From Carcharhinus amblyrhynchos (lineage: Eukaryota), in contig OZ336877.1 in assembly GCA_965287045.1 (NCBI GenBank), positions 52,328,001 to 52,392,000 on the forward strand: a stretch of 64,000 nt of DNA. Reading direction: 5' to 3'. Positions 24,320 through 37,849 of this stretch are shown here, one piece after another (positions within the stretch are counted from its first letter, which is position 1; each line of letters opens with the position of its first letter). The notes beneath the pieces were generated by a model, which made no database searches, was not told where the DNA came from, and saw only the letters and a program-made list of their open reading frames with translations. The translations under genes were made by a program, and so were the position numbers.

Positions 24320-25172
24320 CTTTCTTGAACCACTGCAGTTCATATGGTGTAGGTACAGTCAGAGTGCTGTAAGGGAATTCCAGGTTCAGTGGAGGAAGCG
24401 AAATATAGTTTCAAGTCCGGATCCATCTGATGCCCTTGTTCTTTTGGGTAATTCAGATCGTTGCTTTGAAAGGTGTGCTGAAGTTGGCTTGGCGACCTGC
24501 AGTCTTCTGAATGTCATTGTGCGCTGGTGGTGGAGAGAAGAAATGATTAAAGTTATATGTGGGATGTAAGTCAAATGGGCTGCTTTGTCCTGGATGTCAA
24601 GCTCCTGAGTGTTGTTCATCCAGGCAAGTGAGGAGTATTCCATCACATGCCTGACTTTTGCCTTATAAATAGTGGACAGGCTTTGGGAAAACAGGAGGTG
24701 AGTTATTTTGTTCAGAATTCCCAGCTTCTGACCTGCTCTTGTAATCACAGTGTTTATATGGTTAGTCCAGTTCAGATTCTGATCAATGATCACCCCCAGA
24801 AATTTTTTTAGTGCATCTTCACACACAATCTTTTCCCCTTTTGAGGAATATTGGGCAATTGGAGGATTGATTCCCAAGCTCATTATCAACCTGTTGAATA
24901 CCTCGTGAATGCTCCTCCCATGGTCAACAAGCCCTGCCCTAGGACTTGAACCTTGAGGTTCTGGCCTGGATGTTGAAACACGGCATATGGCCTCCTCCTG
25001 GGAAGCCATTAGTGGTAGATTGCCATTGAATGTCAAGGGGAGATGGTTAGATTTTCTCTTGTTAGAGATTGTCTTTGTGTGGCATGTATGTGATGCAAAT
25101 GTTACTTGCCACTTATCAGCACAAGGCTGGATATTGTCTAGGTCTTGTTGCATGTGGAAATGGACTGCTTCA
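24320..25172 (-). mobile_element. CR1/L2-group LINE RT fragment with an internal SINE-like insertion (about 24810-25000)
   Basis: QQDLDNIQPCADKWQVTFA...LGVIIDQNLNWTNHINTV...LSTIYKAKVRHVMEYSSLAW; the insert carries a B box GGTTCAAGTCC on the minus strand. Confidence 0.82.
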
Positions 25173-25194
25173 CAAATCAGGCTAAGTACAAAAA

Positions 25195-26182
25195 AATGTT
25201 CAGAGGGGAGATGAAAACACAAATCGGAGAAGCAAAACGGGAGGATGAAATGAAACTAGCTGTCAATATAAAAGGAATCCCAAAGTCTTCTATAGGCATG
25301 TAAACAGTAAAAGGGTGGTAAGGTGGGTCAGAGTAGGGGTCAAAAAGGAGGCTGAGAGCATAGCTAAGATATTAAATTAATACATTGCATCTGTCTTTAC
25401 CAAGGAAGAAGGTATTACCCAGGCTGTTGCGAAAGAGAAGACAATTCAGACTCTTGGAGGAGTTAAAATTGATTAGTCAGAGATATTGGATGGGCTTTAT
25501 GTACTGAAAATTAATTAAGTGCCTGGACTACCAGATGGAATACATCTGAGGATTCTGAGGGAAGAAGAGTGGAGGTTGCAGAAGCACTGGCAATAATGTT
25601 TTAATCTTCCTTAGCCTTGGGGATGGTGCCAGAGGACTGGAGAATTGCAAATGTTTTACCTTTCTTCAAAAAAGGGTGTAAAGATATTATCCCGCAACTA
25701 CAGGTTAGTCAATTTAATGTCAGTGTTGGGATTTTGACAGTAGCATTGCTGTTGATGTGGTGTGTATGAACTTCCAAAAGGCATTTGCTACAGTGCTGCA
25801 TAATAGGCTCATGGTAAATCTCCTGGAATAAAAGGGGCAGTATCAATATGGATACAGACTGAGTGGCAGGAAAGAATGAGTAGTAGTTAATGGATGCTTT
25901 CAGATTGGGGAAAGGTTTGTAGTGGAGTTTCCCTGCAGGGGTCAGTAACTCCTGCTTTTCCTAATACATTTTAATGACCTAGACTTTGATGTGCAGGACA
26001 CAATTTCGAAATGTGCGGGTGGTATGAAATTTGGAAGCATAGTGAACATTAAGGGCAATGGTGTAGAACTTCACCAGAACTAGCTAATGGAGTGGGCAGA
26101 CAGGTGGCAGATGAATTTCAATGTGAAGAAATGTTAACTGATTAATTTTAGAAGGAAAAATATGGAGAGACAATACAAAATA
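25195..26182 (+). mobile_element. CR1-like LINE ORF2 fragment
   Basis: NPKVFYRHVNSK, VPEDWRIANV, FQKAF and WADRWQMNFNVKKC motifs, with frameshifts. Confidence 0.88.
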
Positions 26183-26299
26183 AGACTGCATTCTGGGCAG
26201 ACCGCAACAGAATACCCACTGGAGCAGCATAAAACGTTGACAGCAACTCTCTGCGATTGCTGCATTTAGCAGCACAGGTACAGACACCAGAAGTTATTA

Positions 26300-28317
26300 T
26301 CAGTTTCAGAGGAGCAAAGGTTCATAAACTGATGGTCGCACTATCCACACCACTGCAGAACCTGAGTCACAATCATGTCCATAATGATAACATCAAATCT
26401 TCTTAGCTTGATTCATTCTTACATTTTCTCGTTCACACATCCTGCAGGTCATGGTTCAGCTGATCACTGATCATGGCAACTCCTCAGAGGAGGTCAGCCC
26501 TTTGAGGGCACACGGTTACTTGTCTCATTCAGGCCATGCACCAACTCAGACACATGTTCCTCTGGGGGACAGGTTAGGAAGTTAGCTGGTTTTACATCCA
26601 ATGAGTTAGACATCATAAGTGAACAACAACAGATGGTGGAGACAGGGATAGTCATGTAGAGTTCATGTTGGAGGACACAGGATGGTCCAAGCCCTGGTCA
26701 TCTGGAAGCAGATGCTGTGCCTCAGGAGACTGTTGAGGAACAGGGTTCTTCTGGAGCAGACACAGAGAAATTACACTGAACTGTCAGGCAGGCATCCCAG
26801 TTGCACTGTGCAGGCTGCTGAAGAATTGATGGAGCTTGTTTCAAGCATGAGTGCTTGATATCACAGGTTATTGCAATGATGTCTTCATCCACACAGGAAG
26901 TAATTACCTGTATGGAGTATCAAACATGGTAATCACACAACTGCACACAGGTATAAACCAATAATCATCACACTGTTGGTTTCAGCTGAAATAAGATGAC
27001 AAAATATCCCAGCTTTGGCATTCATTACCTCACTCATCTGCAACAAAGTGTTCTCCAGATCCTTACCCACTGAGAAGTGTGGGTGGGTCATAAGAGGAAG
27101 TTGGTGAAAGGGGATATGGAAATAGGGACTTAGTTCCAAATGTTTCCACTGCACGCTCATTGCCGCCCGTAAATCAATGATCCACATCCTGCCTCATGTC
27201 CCAGTGAATGAGATTGTTGATGCACAGGTTCAGTGCAGTTTTTGCTGAGGCTTTCTCAGGCTCCAGAGCCATGGCAATTCTGTGTAAGAGCATCTCAGCA
27301 ATAATGGAGCTGTAATGAATTGTACTCGCACAAGATTATGCATATAGATGTGTCACAAGTTGTTAGATTGGTAAGTTTATGTTTGTCATGTGAAACAAAT
27401 AAATTTCATTCTTTCAGTATTTCCTCTTCTTACCCATTCTTGATTACAGGCTAGCAAGTGACTTGTTCAGTTGTGGGATGATGAAGAGGAAGAAATGAAT
27501 TGACACCATGGAACAGAGAGATATGAGCCATGGGTGTCCCAGCATGCTTTGGAAGTTTATTCTAAACCTGTAGACTCCTGTAAGGCCTCCGTCAGACCGC
27601 TCTTTCGCTGTCTCTGTATGGCAAACTGCAGCTCTCTGCTGATTCTCTCTCTCTCTGCATGGCAAACTGTAAGCTGTTATCTGATGCTCTCTCTCTCTCT
27701 CTCAGCATGTCTGTGATCAGTCCCTGTTGCTGGTGCTGCTCCTGTTGTTGCTGTTGGTCATCTTGATCATCTTCTGAGCTCCAAAGTAAAGCAGTGTAAG
27801 GAGCACCCATACTGATCTGATAGATCAGAGACTGAGTGAATGCCAGTGTGTAGATCAAACTTCCAATCCCAAAAGAGTGGATGACAGCTCCAAAGTGTGT
27901 AATTTCTGAAGAGTATAAACTCCCAGCACGGGTAATGTGAACAAACACTTTCAAACAACCAGGTAAGAAAGCAACTGTGAGTTTTCAGTACTTATTGGCA
28001 TATTATCCTGTCACATCTTCAACTCCCTTAATTGTCGCTGTCTTCCAGCTTGACTTGCACTGGCAAGTTCCAGGAAACCTGGAAAATCCATGCAGCCAAA
28101 ATTAAACTCCAAATCACCTTAAAATGGCTGTAACTCGGTGACTAATAGGTTGAAATTGTCTTGCCCAAGTGAGGTTATGTTCACATGGTCTAAATCACTG
28201 GAATGAAATGCAGAAATTGGTAGATTGGAGCTGACTTTCCAATGTGCTTGCATTTTTCCAAGATCCCATCCTCCTGGGACCCAAATCCAGAGGCTCACCT
28301 CATCAAAATACTCCCAG
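26300..28317. mobile_element. Internally deleted Harbinger-like element
   Basis: Minus strand MGAPYTALLWSSEDDQDDQQQQQEQHQQQ resembles the acidic/Q-rich N-terminus of the transposase at 49290; right end aaaatactccc. Confidence 0.45.
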
Positions 28318-29344
28318 TGTTTTCACTCATCTTAATATTTAGTTGGAGGAAATTTCTGCTCATCCATTACGAAGTCTTCAGACATGTTGGTTAGAATTCT
28401 TCAACCTCACTGCAGTTGTGATTCTCCGGTCCTGCTGCACTGAATGAAGATTTGGTTGAGCGCCAAATTCTCACTGGCAGTGGCAGAGATCCGGCCAGAG
28501 TATCTCGTTTTTAGGGATAATGGGCGGAACTTACCCCTGTTCAGCCACGCTCGCCCCAAGACCATGCCCGAGATCAATGGATCGTTGCATGGTTCATGTC
28601 TCGCCCTTTAGTTAGGGTTATATTTAGTTGAAATTTGCTGATAGTTTTGTGGATTAGACTTATATCCAATACAAACTAGTTGGGACTATCAGAATTCATT
28701 TCATTTTGGGCACTAAGGCTGATATATGTCCTCTTTTACAAAGGGTAGATTTTCTGGGGATAATTTTTCCCAGATACCTTAGGTGCTGAAGAGTATCCAA
28801 GATTGCAAAATGGGGTCTTGAGCTGCAAAACTTGTTAAACCAGCTTGGTAAAAGAATTGAAGTGCGCACTAGTAGCTGCTGTCCCAAGGATGGTTAAGAG
28901 GTCTGATTGATGCTAAAATTGTTTGCTAGCAGTCATTCATGAAGCCCATATGCCAGTGTAATGACCTCTTGTAACAGTGACTAGGTAAACAAGTCACCAC
29001 TGAGGACTTCTCACTTGAGATAAAATCATACTCAGTTTTCACTCTTCGCTTTCTGTTGGAAATTGACTGATTAGACTTTGTTAGAAAACAACTTTTGTGA
29101 CACATTGTAAGATTTTCTGGGACACTTTGAGCTGAATGTTCTCAGTCCAATGGAAGCAGGCTGGGAAGGCAAAGGGCAGCCTGAAGGAAGGCAGTGGGAG
29201 GTGAACCTGATGTCTTCCTTCTAGCAGTGGCCAGAAACTTAGAAGAATGGCCGCTCCATTTAATAAATGCTCTGTGGCCCATGGAAGGGCCCCCTTGGCA
29301 GCAATGGCCTTCCAAGGCCCCAGGCTCTGTTGCCATAATAATGA

Positions 29345-30570
29345 CAATATAGATAGGTTGAATGAATGGGCAAAGATCGGGCAAATGTAGTGTTTTGTGG
29401 GAAGATGTTATCGTGTCCATTTGGCAGGAAGAGTAAAAAAGAAGTATATTATCTAAACTGTGAGAGATTTTAGAGCCTACAGGCGCACAGGAATGTGAAA
29501 ACAACAGTGCATGACTTACAAAAGGCTAATATGCAGGTACATCAAGTAATAAAGAAAGTTGATGGAATGTTTTTGTTTATTGCAAGGGGAATTTAATACA
29601 AAAGTTGAGATGTTATGCTTCAATTATACAGTGCAGTGGTGGGATCACATCTGGAATACTGTGTACAGTATTGGTCTCCTTATTTAAGGGAGAATGTAAA
29701 TGCATTGGAAGCAACTCAGAGATGGTCGACTAGACCTAATATCTGGATTTGGAGGGTTGTCTTATGAGAAAGGGTGGTCAGTTCGGCTTGTATCTGCTGG
29801 AGTTTAGAAGAGTAAGAGGTGACTTGAAGAGTAAGAGGTGACTTGATTGAAACATGTAAGATCCTGAAGGGACTTGACAGGTTGGATGTGAGACTCTTAA
29901 TTTCATTGGGTGCCATTGTTTAGGAATGGCACTATGGCACAGTGGTTAGCACTGCTGCCTCACAGTGCCAGGGACCCAGGTTCAATTCCAGCCTCAGGTC
30001 GCTGTCTATGTGGACTTTGCACATTCCCCCTGTGTCTGTGTAGGTTTCTTCCAAGTGTTCCGATTCCCCCACTGTCCAAAGATGTGTGGTTAGCTGGATT
30101 GGTCGTGCTAAATTGACCCCTAGTATCAGGGGGATTAGCTTGGGTAAACATGTGACGTTATGAGAATAGGGCCTGGATGGGATTGTGGCCGGTGCAGATT
30201 TAATGGGCCGATTGGCTTCCTTCTGCACTATAGGGATTCTATGATTCTATGATGATTCTATGTGGAAATGATGTTTCCCACTTGTGGGAGAATCGAGAAG
30301 TCACTGTTTAAAAAGAAGAGGTTGTCTATTTAAGACAAAAATGAGGACCTATGTTTCTCTTAAGAGCGTAGCGTGTCTTTGGGACTCTCTTGCTCAAAAG
30401 GCAGAGCCTGAATATTCTATATGCAGGGCTAGATAGATGCTTGATAAGCATGGAGATAAAAGGTTATAGGGATGGATGGGAATGTGGAGTTGAGATTCCA
30501 ATCAGATCAGCCAAGAGGAGGCTCAAGAGGCTGAGTGGCCTGCTCAGGCTGCACCTAAGTCATGCGTTCA
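29345..30570 (+). mobile_element. CR1-like LINE 3' part, interrupted by a HE1 SINE
   Basis: HLEYCVQYWSPYL motif at about 29647; the 3' UTR resumes after 30262. Confidence 0.85.
29923..30262 (+). mobile_element. HE1/V-SINE, full length
   Basis: tggcacagtggttagcactgctgcctcacag...tatagggattctatgattctatgatgattctatg. Confidence 0.92.
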
Positions 30571-30889
30571 TGTTTAATTTTTGGCAAACATATCCAATAT
30601 AGTCAGTTGACTATGACAGCGTTCCAAAAAAGCTTGAAAACACCTTTGCGGCAATACATTCATTTGTGTAATCTGATAATGTTTATCTATATCGAGTCAC
30701 CGCTGAATCTGTGCTGAGGTAACATTTTCTACTCCGTATAAATTGTGGTACAACTTGCGAAGGCAGCAAATTCTTTCACTTGACACGTTCTGCCTCATGA
30801 ATTAGATTGATAAATATTTTATTCGTGATTACAAGTTCTGAACGCTCGTTCTTAGTTTCAAAAAGTCCTATATCAGCTTAAGCATCGCT

Positions 30890-31250
30890 ACAACAGCTTG
30901 GTATTTATCTGGCACCTTTAAACTCTGCCATGTCTCAAGATGCTCTGCAGAAGCAGTATAAAGCAAAAATTGACACCAAGCTACATAAAGAGATATTAAG
31001 GCAAGTGACCAAAAGTTTATTGAAACAGGCTTTAAGGGATATTTTAAAGGAGGAAGGGTAGTGAAGTAACAATGTTAAGGGACCTTGGCAGCTGGATCAA
31101 TTAAAATTGAGTGCGCTCAAGAGACCAGAATTTGAACTTTAGATTATTTCAAGTTTATGGAATGTAGGAGGCTGTCCAGGAGTTTATTGGAATGAAAACA
31201 TGAATGAAGGTTTCAACAGCGAAAAGTCATAAGAGATGGTGGTGAGGTAT
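30890..31250 (-). mobile_element. L2-like LINE 3' end
   Basis: acaacagcttggtatttatctggcaccttta...aaattgacaccaagctacataaagagatattaaggcaagtgaccaaaag; the reverse of the copies at 34190 and 40320. Confidence 0.7.
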
Positions 31251-31271
31251 AATCGAGTGGCATCAACCTAT

Positions 31272-32603
31272 GTGTAAAAAAGTGAGGTCTTAAGTGAATA
31301 CTTTGCATCAGTATTCACTATTGAGAAAAGGATGGATGTTAGCGAGCTTAGGGAAATAAATAGTGATGCCTTGAGGAGTGTACATATTACAGAACAGGAG
31401 CTGCTGGAAGTCTTAAAGAGCACCAAGGTAGATTAATCCCCAGGACCTGATGAAGCATATCCCAGGGCATTGTGGGAGGCTAGGGAGGAAATTACGGGTC
31501 CCCGAGCAGACGTTTAAATCATCGATAGTCACAGGTGAGGTGCCTGAAGATTGGAGGGTGACAAATGTAGTGCCTTTGTTTAAGAAGGGTTGCAGGGAAA
31601 AGCCTGGGAAATACAGGCCAGTGAACCTCACATCTGTAGTGGGTAAGTTGTTAGAAGGTATTTTGAGAGACAGGATCTACAGGCACTTACAGACACCAGG
31701 GCTGAATGGGGACAGTCAGCATGGTTTTTTGAGTAGAAAATCATGTCTCACAAATTTGATTGAGTTTTTTGAACCAAGAAGGTAGATGAAGGCAATGCAA
31801 TTGATGTTGTCTACATGGACTTTAACAAGGCCTTTGACAAGGTACCACATGGTAGGTTGTTGTATAAGGCTACATCACATGGGATCCAGGAGAGGTAGCC
31901 AAATGGATACAAAATTGGCTTCTTAACAGAAGCCAGAGGGTAGTTATAGAGGGCTGTTGTTCAAACAGGAGGCCTGTGACAAGCGGTGTGCCTCAGGAAT
32001 CAGTGCTGGGTCCACTGTTATTTGTCATTTATAATAATGATTTGGATAAGAATTTAGAAGGCACGATTAGTAAGTTTGTAAACGACATCAAGATTGGTGG
32101 CATATTGGACAGTGAAGAAGGGTATCCAGGATTGCAGTGGGACCTTGATCAATTGGGCCAGTGGGTTGACGAATGGCACATGGAGTTTAATTTAGATAAA
32201 TGAGAGGTGATGCATTTTGAAAGATCGAACCAGGGCAGGACTTATTCAGTTAATGGTAGGGAAGAGTTATAGAACAATGAGATCTAGGGGTATAGGTTCA
32301 TAGCTCCTTGAAAGTGGAGTCACAGGTGGACAGAATAATGAAGAAGGCATTCAGCATGCCTGGTTTCATTGATCAGAACATTGAATACAGGAGTTGGGAC
32401 ATCTTGTTGAAGTTGTATAAGATCTTGGTAAGGCCACACTTGGAATACTGTGTACAGTTCTGGTCACCCTATTATAGAAGGGATATTATTAAACTAGAAG
32501 GAATGCAGAAAAGATTTACTAGGATACTACCAGGACTTGATGGTTTGAGTTATAAGGAGAGGCTGGGTAGACTGGGACTTTTTTCTCTGGAGTGTAGAAG
32601 GCT
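31272..32603 (+). mobile_element. CR1/HER1-like LINE reverse transcriptase region (best preserved copy)
   Basis: VPEDWRVTNVVPLFKKG, YRPVNLTSVVGKLLE, QHGF, DFNKAFDKVPH, SGVPQESVLGPLLFVIY, RPHLEYCVQFWSPYY; stops and frameshifts present. Confidence 0.95.
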
Positions 32604-32604
32604 C

Positions 32605-33676
32605 TGACTGCCCTCCCAACCCTTCACCTATCTTCTCAATCCTGGCTGTCCCCACCTGAATGCCCCCGACCCATTCTATCACCTCACCAACAGACGACCC
32701 AGCACCCCATTGGATCCTGATTGACCACCTCATTCCCTGACTGCCCATGACTGACCACCTAGCCCCCTTCATACACTCTCCCCGCTATCTACCTGAATCC
32801 CCAAACCAGCCTTACCCCCTCCAGTGACCACTGAACCTCACAGCCCCATCTTACTTTGCCACTGATCCTGTTCATTTGCCTTACACGCTTACCTTCTCCC
32901 TTTCTATCAGTTAATGCTGTAAAAAATGGTGTGGCTTCACTCCCCATCCCCGGACACTGCTGCTTTGCCATGAAGACCTCAGGAATGTGTTGCACTGTAC
33001 TTTTCCTGCCAGCCTCAAGTCCAAAGGTCGGATGGGAATGTGCAGCTCCTGACTAAACAAAGGGAATCTCTCATTGTCATGCACTCAATGTCTGACTGAG
33101 GGACCCAGAACCGGGTATGGAGAAAGCTGCTGAAAGCCACAACCTTGTTCTTACCGCTGATGCCCTTGACCCCATCTTGCGGCTGGGCCTTGGAACATTA
33201 CCGGCAGAAGCCAGCACTCTCAATTACCTTGCCAACAATGGAGAGTACCTGGCCTTTAACTGGCTGGTAGGTCTTGGAGGCTGGAGGTTTGATTGCACAG
33301 TGCCAGGGTACCAGGGGCAATGCCAGGGCATTGACCAGGAATGTCCCTCTCCTCCCAGGCTCCAAACTTACCTTTGCAGCCTGGCAGGTTCCCCTCAAGT
33401 TTTTTGAAACCTGCTGTGAGCCTTGCCAGCATGATGTCACATCAGCAAGGTGTGAATATTTGGTGAGGGTGAACATATTGCAGGGAAGCCCTATAATGTT
33501 TTAATTTATTAAAGTTTGTGGAAATCTGGTTCCAGCATTTATTAAATCATAGGCAAGGGGCGTGGAAACGGGGGAACAGGCTGTTGCCAGCAAGAATCTT
33601 GTTTCCTGACTCATGTGAGATTTTGGACCCATGTCGCTGTTTATGCTGACAGTTAACGCAGGCTTAAAATCGCCCC
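32605..33676. mobile_element. Non-autonomous DNA transposon remnants (Harbinger-like right terminus)
   Basis: C-rich body ending aaaatcgcccc at 33666-33676, like the MITE termini. Confidence 0.4.
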
Positions 33677-34189
33677 CGTTGTGTCTGCTGATAGAAACTG
33701 ATGCTGCACTACACTCCAAACATTTCTACCCTCCTCTTTAGATTGCTGTTGTCAGCCCTCCAGAATTGGCCGGTTTACCAGAATTCCATCTTGGAGAATG
33801 GAGTGTTACTTACAAGGAAAGTCTTTCACACTGAGAGCTTGCAGAATCACTATTATCAGTGAAAAATGGACCATGGCTCAGGGTATTTGGGTTTTAACAT
33901 GTAACCAGTCTGGTCTTCTACAGTCATGTGACTAAACCATGAGACTGCCTCTGAGGCAGACATCTTGAGAGAAATTCAATAAAATCTCTCACTGAGAAGC
34001 ACTGATGAAGCAATTGCTGACTTTGTACGTGAAACGTAGGGTTTTCAGAGGCAATGCAAATGAGATGAACATATTATACAAGGTTTGATATAAGATTTGC
34101 CAATTCTTTGTCAAACAAAATGATGCACCATCAGGTCCAGTTGTACAAATGGCGGGGTCTATTTATTACCCAAGCCGGTTTCCCTGAAT

Positions 34190-34500
34190 GGTAGTAATAT
34201 GCTCCATTCCTCAAATGATTTTGTAATGATGCTCCTGAAAAAGTGTTTAGTCCAAGATCTCCACGTTGCGGCCTCAGCCACATCTCTGATTTTCATCACT
34301 CCACCATTGGTAACTGTGCCCACCGCTGCATAGATCCACCCATGAGCCTCTCTTCCTTTCGAGCTTTGGGTCATCCTCAAAGCCTAGCCCATTGTCACCT
34401 GGCCTAACATATCCTTATGTAGCTTGGTGTATCTTTGTGTTTGATAAACACTCCTGCAAAATGCCTTAGGACATTGTACTATGTTAAAGGTGCTATCTAA
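34190..34500 (+). mobile_element. L2-like LINE 3' end
   Basis: ctccaccattgg...cacctggcctaacatatccttatg...ggacattgtactatgttaaaggtgctat. Confidence 0.65.
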
Positions 34501-35444
34501 TCAGGCCCTACTGCAGGACTGAAATTATTCTTTATCAGTGTACTGGCTGTATAACTGACAGGTGGTCCTAGACAGCCTGATCTCCCAAATTCCACCGGCT
34601 TTCTGAGGAAGGTAGCCAGTGGCCTGGCATGTACTCCTGCATTGAGAAAAGGTGGAGTTCAGCAGCATGGCTGTCTAGTGGGAGCTATCAGATCCTAAAA
34701 GGCTCCAGAGACAATGGTCACCACAGTCTGAAAGCTGTAATTCTGTCTCACTCCAGTCAGTGCCCTTGTGTCTCCAGAGCAGTTAGGAATGCAGCACTGA
34801 GTTCTCCTTGGCTTTTGTCCTGCTGGGGATCTGCTGTAGCTGCCAGTTGCTCCATTGATGTCTGGGGGGGGGAAGCCAAAACTCTTAAGATGTTACAGCA
34901 AAGCAAAAATGGCTGCCCTGGGCTTATACCTATGAATTGCTACACACCTTCAGAGATTGTTCTCAGACTACTGATACCTTTAGTGTTCATTGAACATCCT
35001 TCTCTTCAGCCAAGTACCCATGAGATCTGGTCCCAAAACTGCAAAGTCATGGGCAGTTTCCTCCTCAGTTTCTTGTGGATATTGGTAGATCCTCACCTAT
35101 TCCCCTGGTTCCCTTCTGCTGTGTGAATCAGCCAGTGTCACATCCTCACCACCAATGTCTGTGTCACCCCAGGTGGACCAGGGCTGGTGCCTGGAACAAG
35201 ACCAGTGTTGCAGCTTTCCCACCAAGTGAAGATTAACCTGATGATTGCCAGAAAGCTGAAGAGACTTTGCAGTTGTCTTTAATTTTCCTTCTAACCCCTT
35301 CTGCTCGGAAGAATTATAGCTCAAGCTGAGGACTGGGTGAAATGAGGGAGATGGTATGGTGGCATTGCAGCAGAGCAACTATCCCGCTCCCCTTACTCAC
35401 CACGCTGAGGCAGATGCCATGGGTGTTTATTCCCACTGATCACA

Positions 35445-35990
35445 GTATTTAACAGTGCAGAAGAGACCCATCGAGTCTGCACCCATGCACGAAAGTCCCT
35501 GACCTGCCCACCTAATCCCATTTGCCAGCACTTGGCCTTTAGCCTTGAATGTTATGGCATGACAAGTACTCATCCAGGTACTTTTTATGGATGTGAGGCA
35601 TCCCACCCCCACCACCCTCCCAGGCATTGCATTCCAGACCGTCACCACCCTCTGGATAAAAAAGTTTTTCCTCAAATCCCCCCTAAACCTCCCACCCCTC
35701 ACTTTTAACTTGTGTCCCCTCGTAACTGACCTTCAAATGAGGGGAACAGCTGCTCCCTATCCACCCTGTCCATGCCCCTCATAATCTTGAACACCTCAAT
35801 TAGGTCACCCTCAGTCTTCTCCGCTCCAACAAAAACAACCCAAACTATCCAACCTCTTTTTATAACTTAAATGTGCATCCCAGGCAACATCCTGGTGAAT
35901 CTCCTCTGCACCCCTTCCATTGCATTCACATCCTTTCGATAATCTGGCAACCAGAACTGCACACAGAACTCCAGCTGTGGCCTCCCCAAA
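35445..35990 (-). mobile_element. CR1-like LINE 3' end
   Basis: [35 protein letters not shown]; RGGRFRGDLRKNFFIQRVVTVWNAMP. Confidence 0.92.
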
Positions 35991-37146
35991 ATTTCTGTGA
36001 CACTGTCCTGGAGCTTTCTGTGGGCCTGGTATTGATTCTGGAAATAATGACCCAAGGAACATTCCAAGGCTCAAAAATAATTAGGAAGCTGCAGAAATTT
36101 GAAGGTAAAAATAGATTTGAAGACTGGTCTATTCAGTTGTAAAGCTGCAGGTATTAAGTTTTCTAACAACGAGATCCATCTATAATGATCTTTAAGAGAT
36201 TGGATTGCAGGTAGAAAAGATATACAAAAGAAAATGAGTTTCTGGCTCTTTTCCATTGGAATACTGAATATAAAAACAAGGGAGAGATACTGGGTGGGAT
36301 TCTCTGATCTTGTCTCCGCCCACCCCGCTGCAAGTGTTCCAACCAAAACTCCATTCACTTCAGCAGCAACGGAGAATCCCAGCTGCAAACGAGGGGGGAG
36401 GTTTTCAGAGGATGAGTTTATACAAGATGTTGGATTGGTCACAGCTAGACAGTTAAATACAGTTGTAAGATGTCCCATTATTGGAGGAAAAATAGAGTCT
36501 AGTAAAGGATACAAAGTTATATCAGAAATTAAAGTGTATATTTGTAAAGAAGATTAGAGATATAAGATTTTTTTCGTTGAAACAATAAGGGTTAAAGAGA
36601 TCATTAAAAACTATGAGAAGTTTTGAGATGGCAAGCAGTGAAAGGTTGTTTCCATTTATTGACATAGACACTGGAGAATCAGCGGAAGGGTACTTAAAAT
36701 AAATATATCCAGGCAGGAAAACGGCATGCTTTGTCCGAATGAACTGCAGAAACATAATTCAAAATGGAAATTAAGTATTTAAAAAGAAAGAATATCAATA
36801 AAGATAGGGGAGAGGGAAGGAAATAGGATAGCTTTCTGCTCCAACAGGCAAAGGAGCAATGGGTTAAATGTCACACAAACACATCACCCCAAAGGTCCTC
36901 TTCAAGTCACACACAATTTTGCCTGTGATATGTATTGCTGTTCCATTATCAACACTGGGTCAAAATGCTGGCATCCCTGTGCACTGTCAGCATATGTGTG
37001 ACAGTTATTTACGAGCCTGCCCACTAAACTGTCCTCAGAACAGAGTGTTCTCACCAGCCAGCAATGACGTATTCAAAGAACAAAAATGGAATTGTTTCCT
37101 TTGGTGCATTTTTATGATTCATTAGGAAGGAACATCTGACGCGAAG

Positions 37147-37278
37147 GTGCAGGGAGGACCTTTCCTGTTCCGCCCCATCATGAGAATCGTAGTGGGCGAG
37201 GGGAAGACCATGGAGAGGTCCATTGACTTCGGGTGGGATTTTTCGGTTTCAGGGCAAACGTGGCTGGAAATTCCTGCC
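37147..37278. mobile_element. ~127-bp MITE copy (opposite orientation to 5166)
   Basis: ...gaccatggagaggtccattgacttcgggtgggattttt...aaattcctgcc. Confidence 0.65.
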
Positions 37279-37355
37279 TATAGTCAGGTTGCCAAAATGC
37301 AAACCAAATTTCAAACTCTTTGGACATAATCTGGAGAAATGTATTAAGTACATAA

Positions 37356-37635
37356 TTTATTTATTAGTGTCACAAGTAGACTTACATTAACACTGAAATT
37401 AAGTTACTTGGAAATCCCCCAGTCCAGTACCTGTTCAGGTACGCTGAGGGAGAATTTAGCATGACCAATGCACCGAAACAGCACGTCTTTCAGACTGTGG
37501 GAGGAAACTGCAGCACCCAGACAAAACCCACACAGCCACGGGGGAAATGTGCAGTCTCCGCACAGACAGTGACTCAAGCCAGGTCCCTGACATTGAGAGG
37601 CAGCAGTGCTAACCGCTGTGCCACCGTGCTACCCC
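37356..37635 (-). mobile_element. HE1/V-SINE with alternative tail
   Basis: Reverse V-SINE; tail homologous to the copy at 14672 (tttatttattagtgtcacaagtagacttacattaacactgaaat on +). Confidence 0.88.
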
Positions 37636-37849
37636 TAGTGTAAGTTCTAGTGTAACGATATTGATATACACGGTTATTGATTAACAATTTGGGTCTTTCA
37701 TAAACTCTCTTTTCAAAGGCTAAAGGGATGGGAAATAAATGCTGGCCGTGCCAGCAACACTCACATCCCAAGAACAAATCAAGAAAGGTGCAAAAGTAAT
37801 ATGTAGCACTCAAAACAGGAGCTAGCAGATGTCAAGTTATGCTTCACAA

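Noticed and set aside
24386-25222. Longest ORF in the track (278 aa) as a novel gene
   Set aside because: It is a LINE RT C-terminal fragment fused in frame by chance to a SINE-like insertion; non-ATG start and degenerate motifs.
27592-27954. PolyQ-containing 120-aa ORF
   Set aside because: Low-complexity N-terminus of a deleted Harbinger-like transposase plus a (GA)n tract.
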